Under the pieces are notes generated by a model. The model made no database searches. It was not told the DNA's origin and worked only from the letters and a program-made list of their open reading frames with translations. The position numbers and the translations under genes were made by a program. Below are positions 26,447 to 37,674 of a stretch of 64,000 nt of DNA, one piece after another (position 1 is the first letter of the stretch; each line of letters starts with the position of its first letter). The DNA is from Lingula anatina (taxonomy: Eukaryota; Animalia; Brachiopoda). Where the stretch lies: assembly GCA_051362555.1 (NCBI GenBank), contig JBPQGU010000016.1, forward strand, positions 4,712,001-4,776,000, written 5' to 3'.

Positions 26447-27257
26447 TCACGGACTGTTATGGACGAATGAAGTTCTGCGTGAAAAATTAGTGATTGTTTC
26501 TAGTTCTAGTTTTTTTCCTGACATTTTTTGTGTGTTGCTAGTGGTTAATTTTGTGTCAAGTAGCAGGTTGGGGCCTAAATTGCTTCTTATTTTTGGTCGA
26601 GACCTGGCTCAGTGCTGTACAGTTTCGGACATCTGGCGGAGGGAGCTTACGACTGTGAGCAGTGCAGTGGTTTGTTTACAAACAAGAGAAAGCATATGTT
26701 CAATTACATTTACTGCCGGTATGAAAAGTAACTTTTTGACACTTAAGTTTTGTGGCATTGGGAGTTACGTCAGTGAGTCTGCTGTCTATGAGAATAGGAA
26801 ATGTTTCACCAAAATATTCTGTTCATGCAGTTTTGCAGGAATTTTTTAGTGCGGCCGTCAATATCTCCGCAGCTACAAAGCTGAATGACTTCTCACTGAA
26901 TGCAGCTCGATAGAATTAGTCCCAAAAACATCTTTCATAAAATTTATAATTCTACAGAAATAGGGAGATTTTTTGCTCTGTTTAATAATTACATGAAAAC
27001 TTATGTGGCGAAGGGAGTCACCGGGGTGTTTTGTCATGGGAATTTAAAAAATTATGCATTTATGCTCCTCTCTGTACAAACCTATGTACTTTTTGGAGTA
27101 GAATTGCAGTAGGCTATTCTGCAAATATGCTCCCGCCGCTTTGCTACTTCGATACTACTGCATTTTCGTGCGGGTAACTAAAAAGAAATATGTAATTATT
27201 AAAGGTGGGGGTGCAAATGTGTGTGCCTAGATACACAGCAGCTAAGAAATTCCTTAA
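26447..27257. mobile_element. Probable truncated arm of a non-autonomous DNA transposon ending CC|TTAA (Kolobok-like terminus)
   Basis: Non-coding-looking sequence abutting the satellite and ending ...GCTAAGAAATTCC-TTAA (27254-27257). Kolobok elements end in YY followed by a TTAA TSD. No partner TIR was found in the window. Confidence 0.3.
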
Positions 27258-27639
27258 CCCGGGACATCTGTTATCACCTTGCCTTGGTCAACTACTGTAC
27301 TTAAGGTAAAAATGTGCAGACACAAGACCCAAACTACCATCCTACTACCTACTTCTAACTAACCAGACTAATTTCCTATAAACAAAACGTTGATGTATTA
27401 CCAAAAAGTTAATACCACCACTAAAACAAACCATTTGCTACATAAATACAATTAATTATCTTAATTGAAGTTTGGTGGTTTCCGTTGTTATCATGATGTG
27501 TCAAACAATCAGTTTGAAAAAGAAACTGATTGTTGAAGAAATTTGCCCGTAGCTCCTTATTATTAGGCCTCACATTTTAGAATAAATTACATTTATGTAC
27601 CAATATTAGGATTTAAAACAAACTCTTAAGTGCAAGAAT

Positions 27640-27830
27640 CACACTGCGACACACCAATTTGAAACTCTTTCTTTACCACAACAGTCTCCGAGTGGAATAA
27701 ACGAAGTGACCAACAAGTTACTGCTGAAACTGTGGAAGGCTTTAGATCCGGCCTACACCGTCATTTCCCATGCGCTCCCTCTTCCCGTCTATCATATACC
27801 AGCAGTTTTTTTTTTTTAAGATACAGATAG
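27640..27830 (+). mobile_element. 3' remnant of a LINE (CR1/L2-group-like ORF2 C-terminus plus 3' UTR)
   Basis: The frame through 27663 reads HCDTPI*NSFFTTTVSEWNKRSDQQVTAETVEGFRSGL, matching the typical non-LTR ORF2 C-terminal motif NSFFPxTxxEWNxL...AxTVExF. Confidence 0.7.
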
Positions 27831-27847
27831 GTACCATGTGGCGGATC

Positions 27848-27905
27848 CAGGGGCGGATCCAGGAATATTTTAAGGGGGCGGGCCGACCCCGCCCCCCCCC
27901 TCCCT
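27848..27905. mobile_element. Solo left end of a CAGGGGCGGATCCAGG-type MITE
   Basis: CAGGGGCGGATCCAGGAAT...GGGGGCGG...CCCCCCCC, the same terminus type as the MITEs at 37401, 41073 and 42987. It directly follows another GGCGGATC, which may indicate nesting. Confidence 0.5.
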
Positions 27906-28680
27906 GTACAGACCGCTTGTTCAAAATATACTATAAGATAATGTTTACAACTGCTGATTCCCTGTGTTTACAGATCACGAAATTAATATGCGCCAGCAGG
28001 GCCATATCACCGTCGTTATTCGGATATTGATTTGTTCTTGATTTGTTTGAGCTTCTTTGTTCAGGCGAGGGTGAGGACCACTGCTAAGTCCATTCCTGAT
28101 CCCAAATTAAGCGATATTGAAAACTCTGTTTCTGAGTGAGTGTCTTTTAAATGTGCTTAAATATCTCCAATAGATCTTATCAAACATATTTATATACAGG
28201 TACATGTATATATAAGGGTTGCTTTGCATTCTTTGCATTTGAAAAAGGGCACATACTTTAATAACATTATTACAATAATCTATTTTAATTTTGATAAAAA
28301 ACTTAATCAAAAACTTTATTGCAAATGTGTTATTTAAACTTTATGGATTAAATGGATTAATCTAAAATTTTAACTTAATGCGTGTTTTGTTTCTATATCA
28401 AGTGTACCCATGTCCACAAGTAGAAGCGGTGGATGGAAGCAGTGGTTCTGATGTTCTGGTTGTGACCAGTAGGCCTAAACCACAGCAGGGACTTAATTGC
28501 TATAAAGCAGACCGACATACATCTCTAAACAGATGGAACTTATATTGTCTTTCATTAAATAACATAGAGCTTTACATTTAAAGGCAAGACACACTTTGAG
28601 AAGGAGTAAGATGAAAAATAACATGGGTTGGCATCCTAAAATATAATTTGAGTATGACTTATTACCCTCTATTCCTTTGG

Positions 28681-28684
<4 letters not shown>

Positions 28685-28743
<59 letters not shown>
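28685..28743. repeat. (TA)n microsatellite, ~29 units
   Basis: Directly visible perfect TA run. Confidence 0.98.
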
Positions 28744-28745
<2 letters not shown>

Positions 28746-28777
28746 ACAAAAGGATCATGAACAATTTTATTTCTTAG

Positions 28778-29665
28778 AGGGGAGGGGGTTACCTATTCAG
28801 CTGATAGCAGTGAAAATCCATGCCAAGTCTGGTCGATCAATGTAGACCTGTGGTGTCTATAGGAATGTCCTAAATCCCACCAAGTGTTGTTTTAGGAATT
28901 GTCGCACCACATATTTATGATGTCCGTGTTTCGATATATCCCATTTATTCATAGTTGATGGCAGAATGGACAGCCCAGGACATAGTGCACAATATTGCGC
29001 GAGCATTATTGTTGACTATGAAACAGGGGATGTGTTGGAAGCAGAAGTTGTAAGGAAGAAAGAAACCAAGCTGAGTAGCTCTGTAATGGAGAAGGAAGGG
29101 TTTGTCAGGGCTATGGATTTCCTGAAAAAAAAAAGGAATCAGTGCAACAGAAGTGGTCAAAGATGCCCTTGTTGCACACTTAAGTACAAAGTGCTGTTTA
29201 GGTCTTACTATAATAATTAGAAAGCAAATTTAGTATGTGAAATGTATCTACATGTATGTGATTATTTAGTTGCAATTCTTGCTATTTTTTTGTTATATCT
29301 CTCTATATATTTAGCTAAATTTTTCTTATTTCAGAAAAAAAAAAATGAATCGGGATAAAACATTCGTGGGACATTTGGCATGGGGCAAAAATCTTGGAAA
29401 GAAGATAATCACTGTGAGTAGATATGCATGAGAACAACACAAACTATTGCACCATTTTCCATATCTTCAGGTAGAAAAAATAAATGAGTTTTTTCCATCA
29501 TGGACATTTTCCTTTTTAATAGAGTTATGCATTAAGAATTAAATAGCTGTCTTGCAATTTTATATTTTAGGCTGAACAGACAAGGAGGACAAGAGATCTG
29601 GTTGCATGGACCAAAGGCATATTACACTCTCACTTTTGGGAATGTGAGCAAGACCACAGATAATA
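28778..29665 (+). pseudogene. Intron-containing DDE transposase pseudogene, Kolobok (T2-type)-like
   Basis: Exon pieces follow AG acceptors. From 28955: DGRMDSPGHSAQYC...D.ETGDVL...SSVMEKEGF...(frameshift)GISATEVVKDA. 29335-29413: IKHSWDIWHGA/NLGKKIIT ending at GTGAGT. From 29571: DLVAWTKGI..HFWEC. From 28778: W.L.ECPKSHQ. The DGRxDSPG/MEKxG/HSxDxWH/HFW motif series is characteristic of this transposase group. Stops and frameshifts are present, and the 3' part is replaced by a DIRS remnant. Confidence 0.75.
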
Positions 29666-29712
29666 TTTGTTGAGATAATTCTGCAGTTTAGTGTTGTGTT
29701 TATTTATTTATT

Positions 29713-30445
29713 CACCATTTAGATATTGCTCCGGCATCTCAAACTTTTTTAAATCAACGGAAAGAATTCTTTTTTTTTTTTTTTTTTTTGGTACTTTCGT
29801 TTGGCCTTTCTTCAGCACCGTTTATTTTTACTAAAATACTTAGACGTTTAGTTGGGTATAGGAGAAAAATGGAATCCCCATTGTTGTTTATTTAGATGAC
29901 GGTATTGTGTCTGAAAATTTTCTAGAAAAATATATTACATTTAAAACTACATTCTAAAAAAATTAAAATGGATCTGTTTAAAGCAGATTTTGTTTTAAAC
30001 GCCGAAAAAAGTAAATTAGAACCAGTCAACAAATTGGAATGGTTGGGGATTATTTGGGACATGGAAGTAAGGGGATTGTTTATTCCCGAAAGAAGGCTTT
30101 CTACATGTACTAGTAATACTCTGTGTCTTTTAGACGAATTGGTTTCAGATTTACCGTATATAACAGCTATAAAATTGGCGAGGGTTACAGGTAAAATTAT
30201 TTCTGTTTTATTATTATGTCTCCATTGATTGGAAATGTATCTAGATAAATAACTAGAGGAAGCATTGGGATTTTAATATTAATATTAAAGACGAATGTCT
30301 TGCATTAAAGAATTAATTTTTGGAAAGACAATTTAGTTTTCTTTTTTTTTTTTTTTTAAATGAGAAAAGTCTACGTGTACAAAGCTTCCCTAGTAAGTTA
30401 AAAACGGTCTATTCAGATGCCAGAAAACCCGGTTTGGGACCATTT
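29713..30445 (+). pseudogene. DIRS/Ngaro-type retroelement reverse transcriptase plus start of RNase H (decayed)
   Basis: HHLDI (29713); VLSFGLSSAPFIFTKILRRLV; GIPIVVYLDDG (YLDD at 29889-29900); ORF 29968-30228 FVLNAEKSKLEP..LEWLGIIWD; VYSDAR.PGLG at ~30410. Frameshifted. Confidence 0.88.
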
Positions 30446-30574
30446 GTTTTAAATACGAATAAGTTTTTCATATTTAAAGGGATTTAAAGTAGATGAATAA
30501 TTGGTCATCTGTTTATAGAATTTAAAACTCACTTTCTTCGAAGGAGAAATAAACAGACGATCACTGGATCATTG

Positions 30575-30755
30575 ATATAATGGAGATGGCTTTGTTTATG
30601 TATTTCTTAGACCGATTTTGATGAATTTTTCAGGAACTGTACGAAGTGGGCCAAGGAAGAGATGATTATTTTTTGGTGGTGATCCGGATTAATAATCAAT
30701 CAAAAATCAATAATAATAAAAAATCGCTGCCTTGGCGGAGGTCTGCGCTCTAGTT
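30575..30755 (+). mobile_element. Helentron-associated non-autonomous element (HINE/DINE-like) remnant nested in the DIRS copy
   Basis: Core ACCGATTTTGATGAA...GGGCCAAGGAAGA...TTTTGGTGGTGATCCGGAT and 3' end CCTTGGCGGAGGTCTGCGCTCTAGTT, a terminal motif typical of these elements. Left boundary is approximate. Confidence 0.6.
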
Positions 30756-30984
30756 ACCAATGGGTTATAGATACAACATGCTGTAATGGAGTTCTGCAAC
30801 ATTGAAGGAAGGAATGGAAGAAATGGCCATTAGGATCACAATCATTGATCAATGACAGTTAACATGGACATGATTATTGTCCAGGATGAACATAGATTAT
30901 GGGAACGATTGCTAGAGTTTTGTTTTCAAAAATTTTCTTTTTTTTCCTTTTTCATGTTTTCTTGATAATGCTATCCTCCAAGAC

Positions 30985-31589
30985 GTGGAGGTTACAAGCA
31001 ATAAAAGTTTGAAGGCTTTAGCAGATTCATTACCAGATGTCATTTTGAAGTCAAGAGCAGACAACACAGTGAGAAAATATTCTTACGGCTTCCAAAAATG
31101 GTTTGAACGGTGTAATACGATCGGTGTGACCTCTTTCTTTACAGCGAAAGACTCGATTGTTGCTTTTTATCTTCAAAATTTGTCACAAACTTGTAATTAT
31201 TCTGCTGCGGTTTAGACATCTTTTTACACTTTAAAATAGTTTCATGGTACAGCCAACTGTAAGAAAAATCCGAAATTGCGAGTCAAAATTCGTTATTGCA
31301 GTGAAGGAAGCATCTCAGAGACGGAAAGATCATAGAGTAACAAAAAAGGAACCTGTAACTGCTAAGCACATTTCTCAATTGGTTACTAATTTTATGAGTT
31401 CTGAAGTCACTTTGAAGGATCTCCGAGTAATTTCCGTTTGTTTGATTTCATATGCTGGATTCTAATGCAGGGACTAAAGACAGACTGTTTAAGAAACACG
31501 GTAGATGGCGATCTGAAAACACAAAAGACGGTTATGTTAAGGATACTGTCGAAGAAAGATTATTAGTTTCTAAAAATTTGGGAATTTAA
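30985..31589 (+). pseudogene. Tyrosine recombinase of the DIRS/Ngaro element, with internal deletion
   Basis: N-terminus SRADNTVRKYSYGFQKW..VAFYL, then KKEPVT...DLRVISVCLISYAGF. This joins directly at ~31463 to the C-terminus NAGTKDRLFKKHGRWRSENTKDGYVKD..ERLLVSKNLGI* (HGRW and catalytic Y present; first catalytic R and HxxR box missing). Confidence 0.88.
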
Positions 31590-32949
31590 TTTTTTTTACT
31601 TGTCTTCCTCTTTTTTTGCTATTTCAAATGTTTTACTTCAGTTTGGCTTCTGTGGCAAGTACTACAAGTTTTAATTGTTGCTTTTTATTTATTTGAATCA
31701 AGAGTGAAGAGTTTACAAATTATTTATGAAATTGAATAGATAAATAAGAACATAATATTAATTTGTTTCACATTGCGCTCCTTCACACCCCCCCCTCCCT
31801 TCTCTTGGGTACTTTTCCTTCTCTCTGTAATGTTTACGATCTTTTGTGAATACGACCAGTGTTAAAAAAAGGTAAATTTATTAGTATCTCTAAAATCTTA
31901 AATTGATAACTTCAATAACTTCCCTAAATCATGGTTATTTTTATTTAACTTTGACCACGGACCCGCAGAATCTTCGAGCGGGCCAGTTTATGTCTATTAC
32001 TTACAATCGACAGCCAGGGGGGCGTACAATACAATATATTTCATCCTACGCAAAGCTACTCCCCGAATGTATGAGCATCATCATTTACTTGTTATACCTA
32101 TCTTCATTGCTATTTTCAGTTTTTGATTTAATATAAACTAGATGTCTTAGAAAAATATTATGTATGGTGACAAATAGGTCTACGCGGGTAATAGCCTTGT
32201 CACAATAGTAAAATAATATTCCATAATTTCGCCGTTCTTTGAGACCAATTTCCACAGCAACTCCTCAAATGTGCCATGCACTGTACCAGTTGTAATTTGC
32301 ATAAGAAAAAGTCGCGCATCGCAGTGCAAGCTATGCTCCTGGTTGGTCACTGGATAGCTTGACCCTGTAAGAAGACGACCTGCATTCAGTGGTGGTTGGA
32401 AGGGTATCACGTGATACGTCAAAAGATGCGCACGCACGTCAGTCATTTGACGTTTTGCCGTCGAAGAGTGAACATCGAAAGTGAGCTCCCGGCGACGTCT
32501 TCCTGCGTCTTCGTCCAGTAAAGCGTTGGCGCAACTGTGTGCGATGCATTGTTTATTGGGGCATTTGCGTAACGTTACGCCGACTTTGTTTCATTATGTA
32601 TTAAATGTATATAAATATAAATATGGATGCTACAAACTAATAATGAAACACTTGAAAAAATGTGCAATTTATGATCAACAAACCGACGAGTAGAGTTGTA
32701 AAATGTCACCGTGGCATAGGTATCAAATCTCTGTCAGTGTGTAGGCCTACTATCCTATATACCTGTAGTGACTGTAGCTTGGGCAGAGTAAAATTTGCTG
32801 GCAGTGTTGATTTGTTATTGACTTTAATTTTTCTGTGTATAATTGATAATTTCTTGTTTGAATAAGAATAATAATTAACTCTAGAAATTAAAATAGTAAA
32901 TTATGACAAGTTGATAATTCAGATAACTATAAGAAAGGGCATGTGACAA

Positions 32950-32951
<2 letters not shown>

Positions 32952-32999
<48 letters not shown>
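32952..32999. repeat. Poly-T tract (48 nt)
   Basis: Directly visible; lies inside the TIR element. Confidence 0.97.
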
Positions 33000-33000
<1 letters not shown>

Positions 33001-34438
33001 TGGAAAGTAAGCTTGACCAAAGCTTAAGGCAAAGAAAATGTAAAATGACAAAATTATCATAAACAAATGGAAGAACTTTGATATGATTATAAACTTCTTA
33101 TTTCACATATTTCATAAAAACATAATTAACAGTATATTTTATTTCTTACATTTTTCTTATAAATTTTATAACTCATTTAAATATTCACAAAATATTGAAA
33201 TAATATAATAATACTTTTTAAATGATTTAAAAGGGTGACAACCTACAAATACATACATAGCACAGGCAAGACTGAAATCCTGATAGAATTCAGATTACTT
33301 TAAATTCGTCTTGGTCAGATTTTAATATCACTTTTTTTAAAACTATAAAATATGCCTTGAATTTCAAGTTAGTTTGCCAGATGCGTACATTACTCAGAGT
33401 GAGAAATCATGGTAAATGCATATAATAAGAGACAGAAAATGTAATGTATTATCAACATTTACAAATCCTCATATCTGACAGAAATCACAATAAACGAAGT
33501 TTTTCCAAGATCTGCAGTATTTAATTTTCTCCAAGTTCATGAGACTTTCTACTTACTTTACTTAATTAATCAAAACTTAACTTACAAAAGATGAGGGGAA
33601 TTCTCTATGCAGATAATACAATATTTGATATTGTGACAAACTACTAATTTAACATTTGATGACTGAGTAATTAAAAAGCAATCATGTTTATTACAATGTC
33701 ACACTCCATGAAGGCACAGATTTTGGAAATAACAAACATCATTCCTGTTATCTCAAGTCTCTAATTTCAGCTACAATCCATAGGCGGTATCCCATTATGA
33801 GGTTATAAGCTGTTTCCATTCCCTGAAATTAAAAAGCAGTAAATGTTTTATATTTGATATTATTATTATTTAACTGGATAAGGCTTCAACTTTTTAGGTA
33901 ACCTGTTACCATTATACTTAAATATGATTTCAATTTTTATGATAGTAAGATTAAAATGAAAGTTAAGGCAAAACAAACACAGAACATGTTTTTGTCAATG
34001 TTAACGAAATAGATGAGCAATGGAAACATAAGTCACAAGTTTACAACTATGGTATTCCGATGAATTACTTCTCACCTTTATAGTGCACAGCATTTCAAAA
34101 ATAAAAATTGTAGTCCATGCTGAAAAAGATATGAGACTTATCATCAGTATTTTTTAAAAAAATGTTTATTTGATATGTACTTGAGCCAATTACTGTATGT
34201 GGCATAAAAGAGTGCTATTATATGGAGCTACAGTTGAGATATAATAGGCTCTTGTACATCATACACAGTGAATGACAAGTAGTTGTAACTGACTAATACC
34301 ATGACTAGCCCTTCAACAGTTGTAGGAATGTGCTTGTATAGTGATCAGATTGCACATTATGCTTTAAAATACAGACAAGCATGTAAGTGATATACAAGTG
34401 CAATTATGCTGTTGTTATAAATGCTGGCTGTGGGATAG

Positions 34439-35040
34439 CCAAAACAGTACTTTGGCATGCACTATATACAGCCTATAATTCTCAAGATCCTGGGGTGCCA
34501 TTGGGTGCCATAGGCTCTTTTTGCTAACCAATATCTAAGCAACATTTCTGACAATTTTGAAAATAATTGTCCGATTGCTTTTTCAGATATTTGATTTGAA
34601 AGACGGGGTCTGCGTGATCCAAAATTCACTCAAACAAAAATGGCCGTAATTTGCCATGGCACTGCATTGTCTATATATCCCAAGACCCAGGGGTGCTGTC
34701 AGTTGCAGGCTACATATTATGTAAAAAGGTACACGAAAAACGTCAGATTAAGATTTGGAAAAAAATCTACCGTTTACTTTTTCAGATACATGCTTTTTAA
34801 TGAGGGAGTTTAACATTATAAAGACGCATTCCTACAAAAATGGTCGTAATTGGGTATGAAGGATTATACCGTCTATAACTCCAAAGATCCAGGGGTGCCA
34901 TCGGGTGCCATCGGCACTTTTTGTCGACAAATAAATGAGCAACATTACTGAAAAGTTGAAAAAAAAATCGTCCGAGTGCTTTTCGAGATATTTCACTTGA
35001 AAGAAGGCTTGTGGTGTGAAAACTTCAGTTTACAATTGTC
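34439..35040. repeat. Three diverged ~200-bp subterminal direct repeats inside the TIR element
   Basis: AAGA(T/C)CC(T/A)GGGGTGC at ~34484, ~34682 and ~34884. ACAAAAATGG(C/T)CGTAATT at 34634 and 34834. Copies 1 and 3 align over >120 bp. Confidence 0.8.
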
Positions 35041-35348
35041 AAACTACATATGAAGCTATGCCTAGTTTAAATTGTCATAAAACATAAACAGACCAAACAC
35101 TTGAAAATCACTTCACATGAGTTAAGTTGAGATGGTACTGATCGTTGTAAATAGTAAAATGCTTTTAAAATACCCACCAAATTTATGTGCATGCCTCCTA
35201 AATAAACGATCCTCCCCGGTGCGTCGAACGTGCCATTTTGTTTACCTATAACGGAGTGTAAAATTCCTGCTTTTTTCATTGGCTCCCGAAAATCACGTGA
35301 TACCCTTCCACCCACCACTGACCTGCATTGAAAGTTTTCAAGAGGGTC

Positions 35349-35733
35349 GAGTCCATTTCATCTGAGGGGTGACAGGTGGGGCGAGTCCATTTCATCTGAG
35401 GGGTGACAGGTGGGGCGAGTCCATTCCATCTGAGGGGTGACAGGTGGGGCGAGTCCATTTCATCTTAGGGGTGACAGGTGGGGCGAGTCCATTTCATCTG
35501 AGGGGTGACAGGTGGGACGAGTCCATTTCATCTGAGGGGTGACAGGTGGGACAAGTCCATTCGATTTGAGGGGTGACAGGTGGGGCGAGTCCATTTCATC
35601 TGAGGGGTGACAGGTGGGGCGAGTCCATTCCATCTGAGGGGTGACAGGTGGGACGAGTCCATTCCATCTGAGGGGTGACAGGTGGGGCGAGTCCATTCGA
35701 TTTGAGGGGTGACAGGTGGGGCGAGTCCATTTC
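35349..35733. repeat. 34-bp G-rich minisatellite, ~11.3 copies (GAGTCCATTTCATCTGAGGGGTGACAGGTGGGGC)
   Basis: Head-to-tail units without spacers. The minus-strand ORF repeats every 34 aa, equal to 3 units. Confidence 0.97.
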
Positions 35734-37400
35734 TTTATATCAAAGGATCAATTTATTTTAATTATAATTTTAATGAGACATTTTCAAACATATCAGAATA
35801 TGCAGTTCTAAGTTTTGGGTGGAGGAGCAAATTTCATTGTTCCCATTTCAAAAGTGTGTCAAGATCTCTTATATTTCCGTTTTAATTTAAAATTGAAGCG
35901 TTCGTCTGATGAGAAGGTCGTGAAATTTGAAACAATTTTCTCTAGCAAACCAAAACCCTTAGAATATGGACTTATATTAAATTAAGAAAATTTTATCTGG
36001 GAGGATGAACTAATTTATAAATAGATATTAAAAAACCCGTCTCACTATAAAAAATGTAGGACAGATTTTTAAAAAAGCAATATCGTAAATTCATACAAAT
36101 TGTATTTATAAATGTGGGCTGTTGGAAATCCTGTAGATGCATTCTTAAAATGCTCTCAATTATTTACAAAATACTGGGCATATTAACAAAACTTTTAATC
36201 CTTTCGATTTACGACATCCTCTGTTACTGGAGAAATCATCAATCCCAAACACAATGCTTACAGATCAGTTTTAGCAGATTTAATTTGAAAGTGCTCAAAC
36301 AATAATATCTTTACAATTTTACCCCTAACCCTCTATTATTATTATTATTATTAATATTTTATCATCATTTCATATGGAAGTGAATAAGAAAACAAGGAAT
36401 GACAAACGTATTTATTCAATTTTAAAACAAAAGATGCATGGATGTGCGTAGGGTTCCAGAGGGTGAATGACAGGCTTGGTTGCTAGCAGCCAGGTGCCGT
36501 GCAGTTCTCAGTATCTCAGTGGACTTCTGAAATAAGAAGGTAATGTTAACAATATCTGACTTGTCCATAGTTCAGGCTCAGATAGCACCCCAAAAAAGCA
36601 ATCGATTCTATGTTGCCTAACGCCACATTTAAGACCTGAAGTTAGTAATAAAGATATTTCAGATATCTTGCTTTGAAAAAAAAATAAATATTGAAAACAC
36701 TCCTCTAGTTTGTGTAGGTTATCACTATTTATTTATTTTACCTACTATATAAAGTTGTAATATCTAAAATCGCTTTGCATCACGCGTTTGGGAACCATAT
36801 TTCGCTTTAGAATAAATCATTTCTCTGTGTTTCAACACTGCTTACAAGCATTTTACAGGTACATGTATAATAAAATTAACAAACCTACTAAAACTGACTA
36901 TCGTTCATGGGGCACGCTTGTCTTAGGATCAAAAGCTCGGAACTGTGACAAGTACGGTACCATCATGTAAATATGTCCGTGATCTTTGTGGTAATATGCC
37001 CATTTACTAATTTGCTAAATAATATTTTGAGTGGCATAACAGAAACGACAGGCGACAGCGACAACAAAGAGTAGTAACATACCCGTAAATACTCGTCGCA
37101 AATTTCTTTGCATTTTTCTACTCTCTTTCTATCAACTGACATACGATACTGAAGAAAAAGTGCTACTTACGAAACATGCATTTGCTTCTACGCCTCATAC
37201 GACTGCGGTGCGACTGCACCCGCACGTGGAACATTGCGTCTTCACCTAGCTGTGTCCTACTGCCTACTGAGCATTCGGAAATACAGCTCGCACTACGATG
37301 ATCAAGTAATTGTTATGCAAATTACAGACAGGCATGGCTCATTTCAGGCGAGGGACTGTGGTTGAAACTGTTCACGAATGTTCACGGTCTAATACATGTA

Positions 37401-37674
37401 CATGGCGGATAAAGAGGGGGTGTCAGGGGGAATCCAGACCCCCTCCTCCCTTCGATTTCTGATAAAAAAATTACACCCAAAATCTATAGCTGAATAATAG
37501 TTATAAACCGTATCAAATGGAGATATTTTCCCTCTAAAACACCCTTTTTCGTGGCCCTCGAGCGTGCCCCAAACATAACTCCAAAGGGGTGAGGGTCGGC
37601 CTTGAACTCCGAGGCCTTGTCAATCCGTAAAAAAAACACCACCACCCTTCCAAAAAATCCTGGATCCGCCCCAG
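37401..37674. mobile_element. MITE with GGCGGAT-type TIRs and 5-bp TSD ATGTA
   Basis: ATGTA|CATGGCGGAT...TGGATCCGCCCCAG|ATGTA, with internal GGGGG...CCCCC blocks. Confidence 0.7.

Larger units (their letters stand above)
32387..35320. mobile_element. Complete 2934-bp non-autonomous TIR DNA transposon with 29-bp TIRs and 9-bp TSD
   Basis: Left TIR CAGTGGTGGTTGGAAGGGTATCACGTGAT (32387-32415). Right TIR 35292-35320 is its reverse complement at 28/29. ACCTGCATT is directly repeated at 32378-32386 and 35321-35329. No long ORF inside. Confidence 0.92.

Noticed and set aside
26340-26849. 169-aa ORF spanning the satellite/island junction
   Set aside because: Chimeric read-through of a satellite ORF into T/G-rich non-coding sequence; no recognisable domain.
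32881-33066. Poly-Lys ORF, and likewise the YI-repeat ORF at 28648-28845 and the repeat ORFs at 35276-35696
   Set aside because: Translations of the poly-T tract, the (TA)n microsatellite and the 34-bp minisatellite.
35349-35733. CRISPR array (34-bp repeat length)
   Set aside because: Units are contiguous with no unique spacers, there are no cas genes and the context is eukaryotic.
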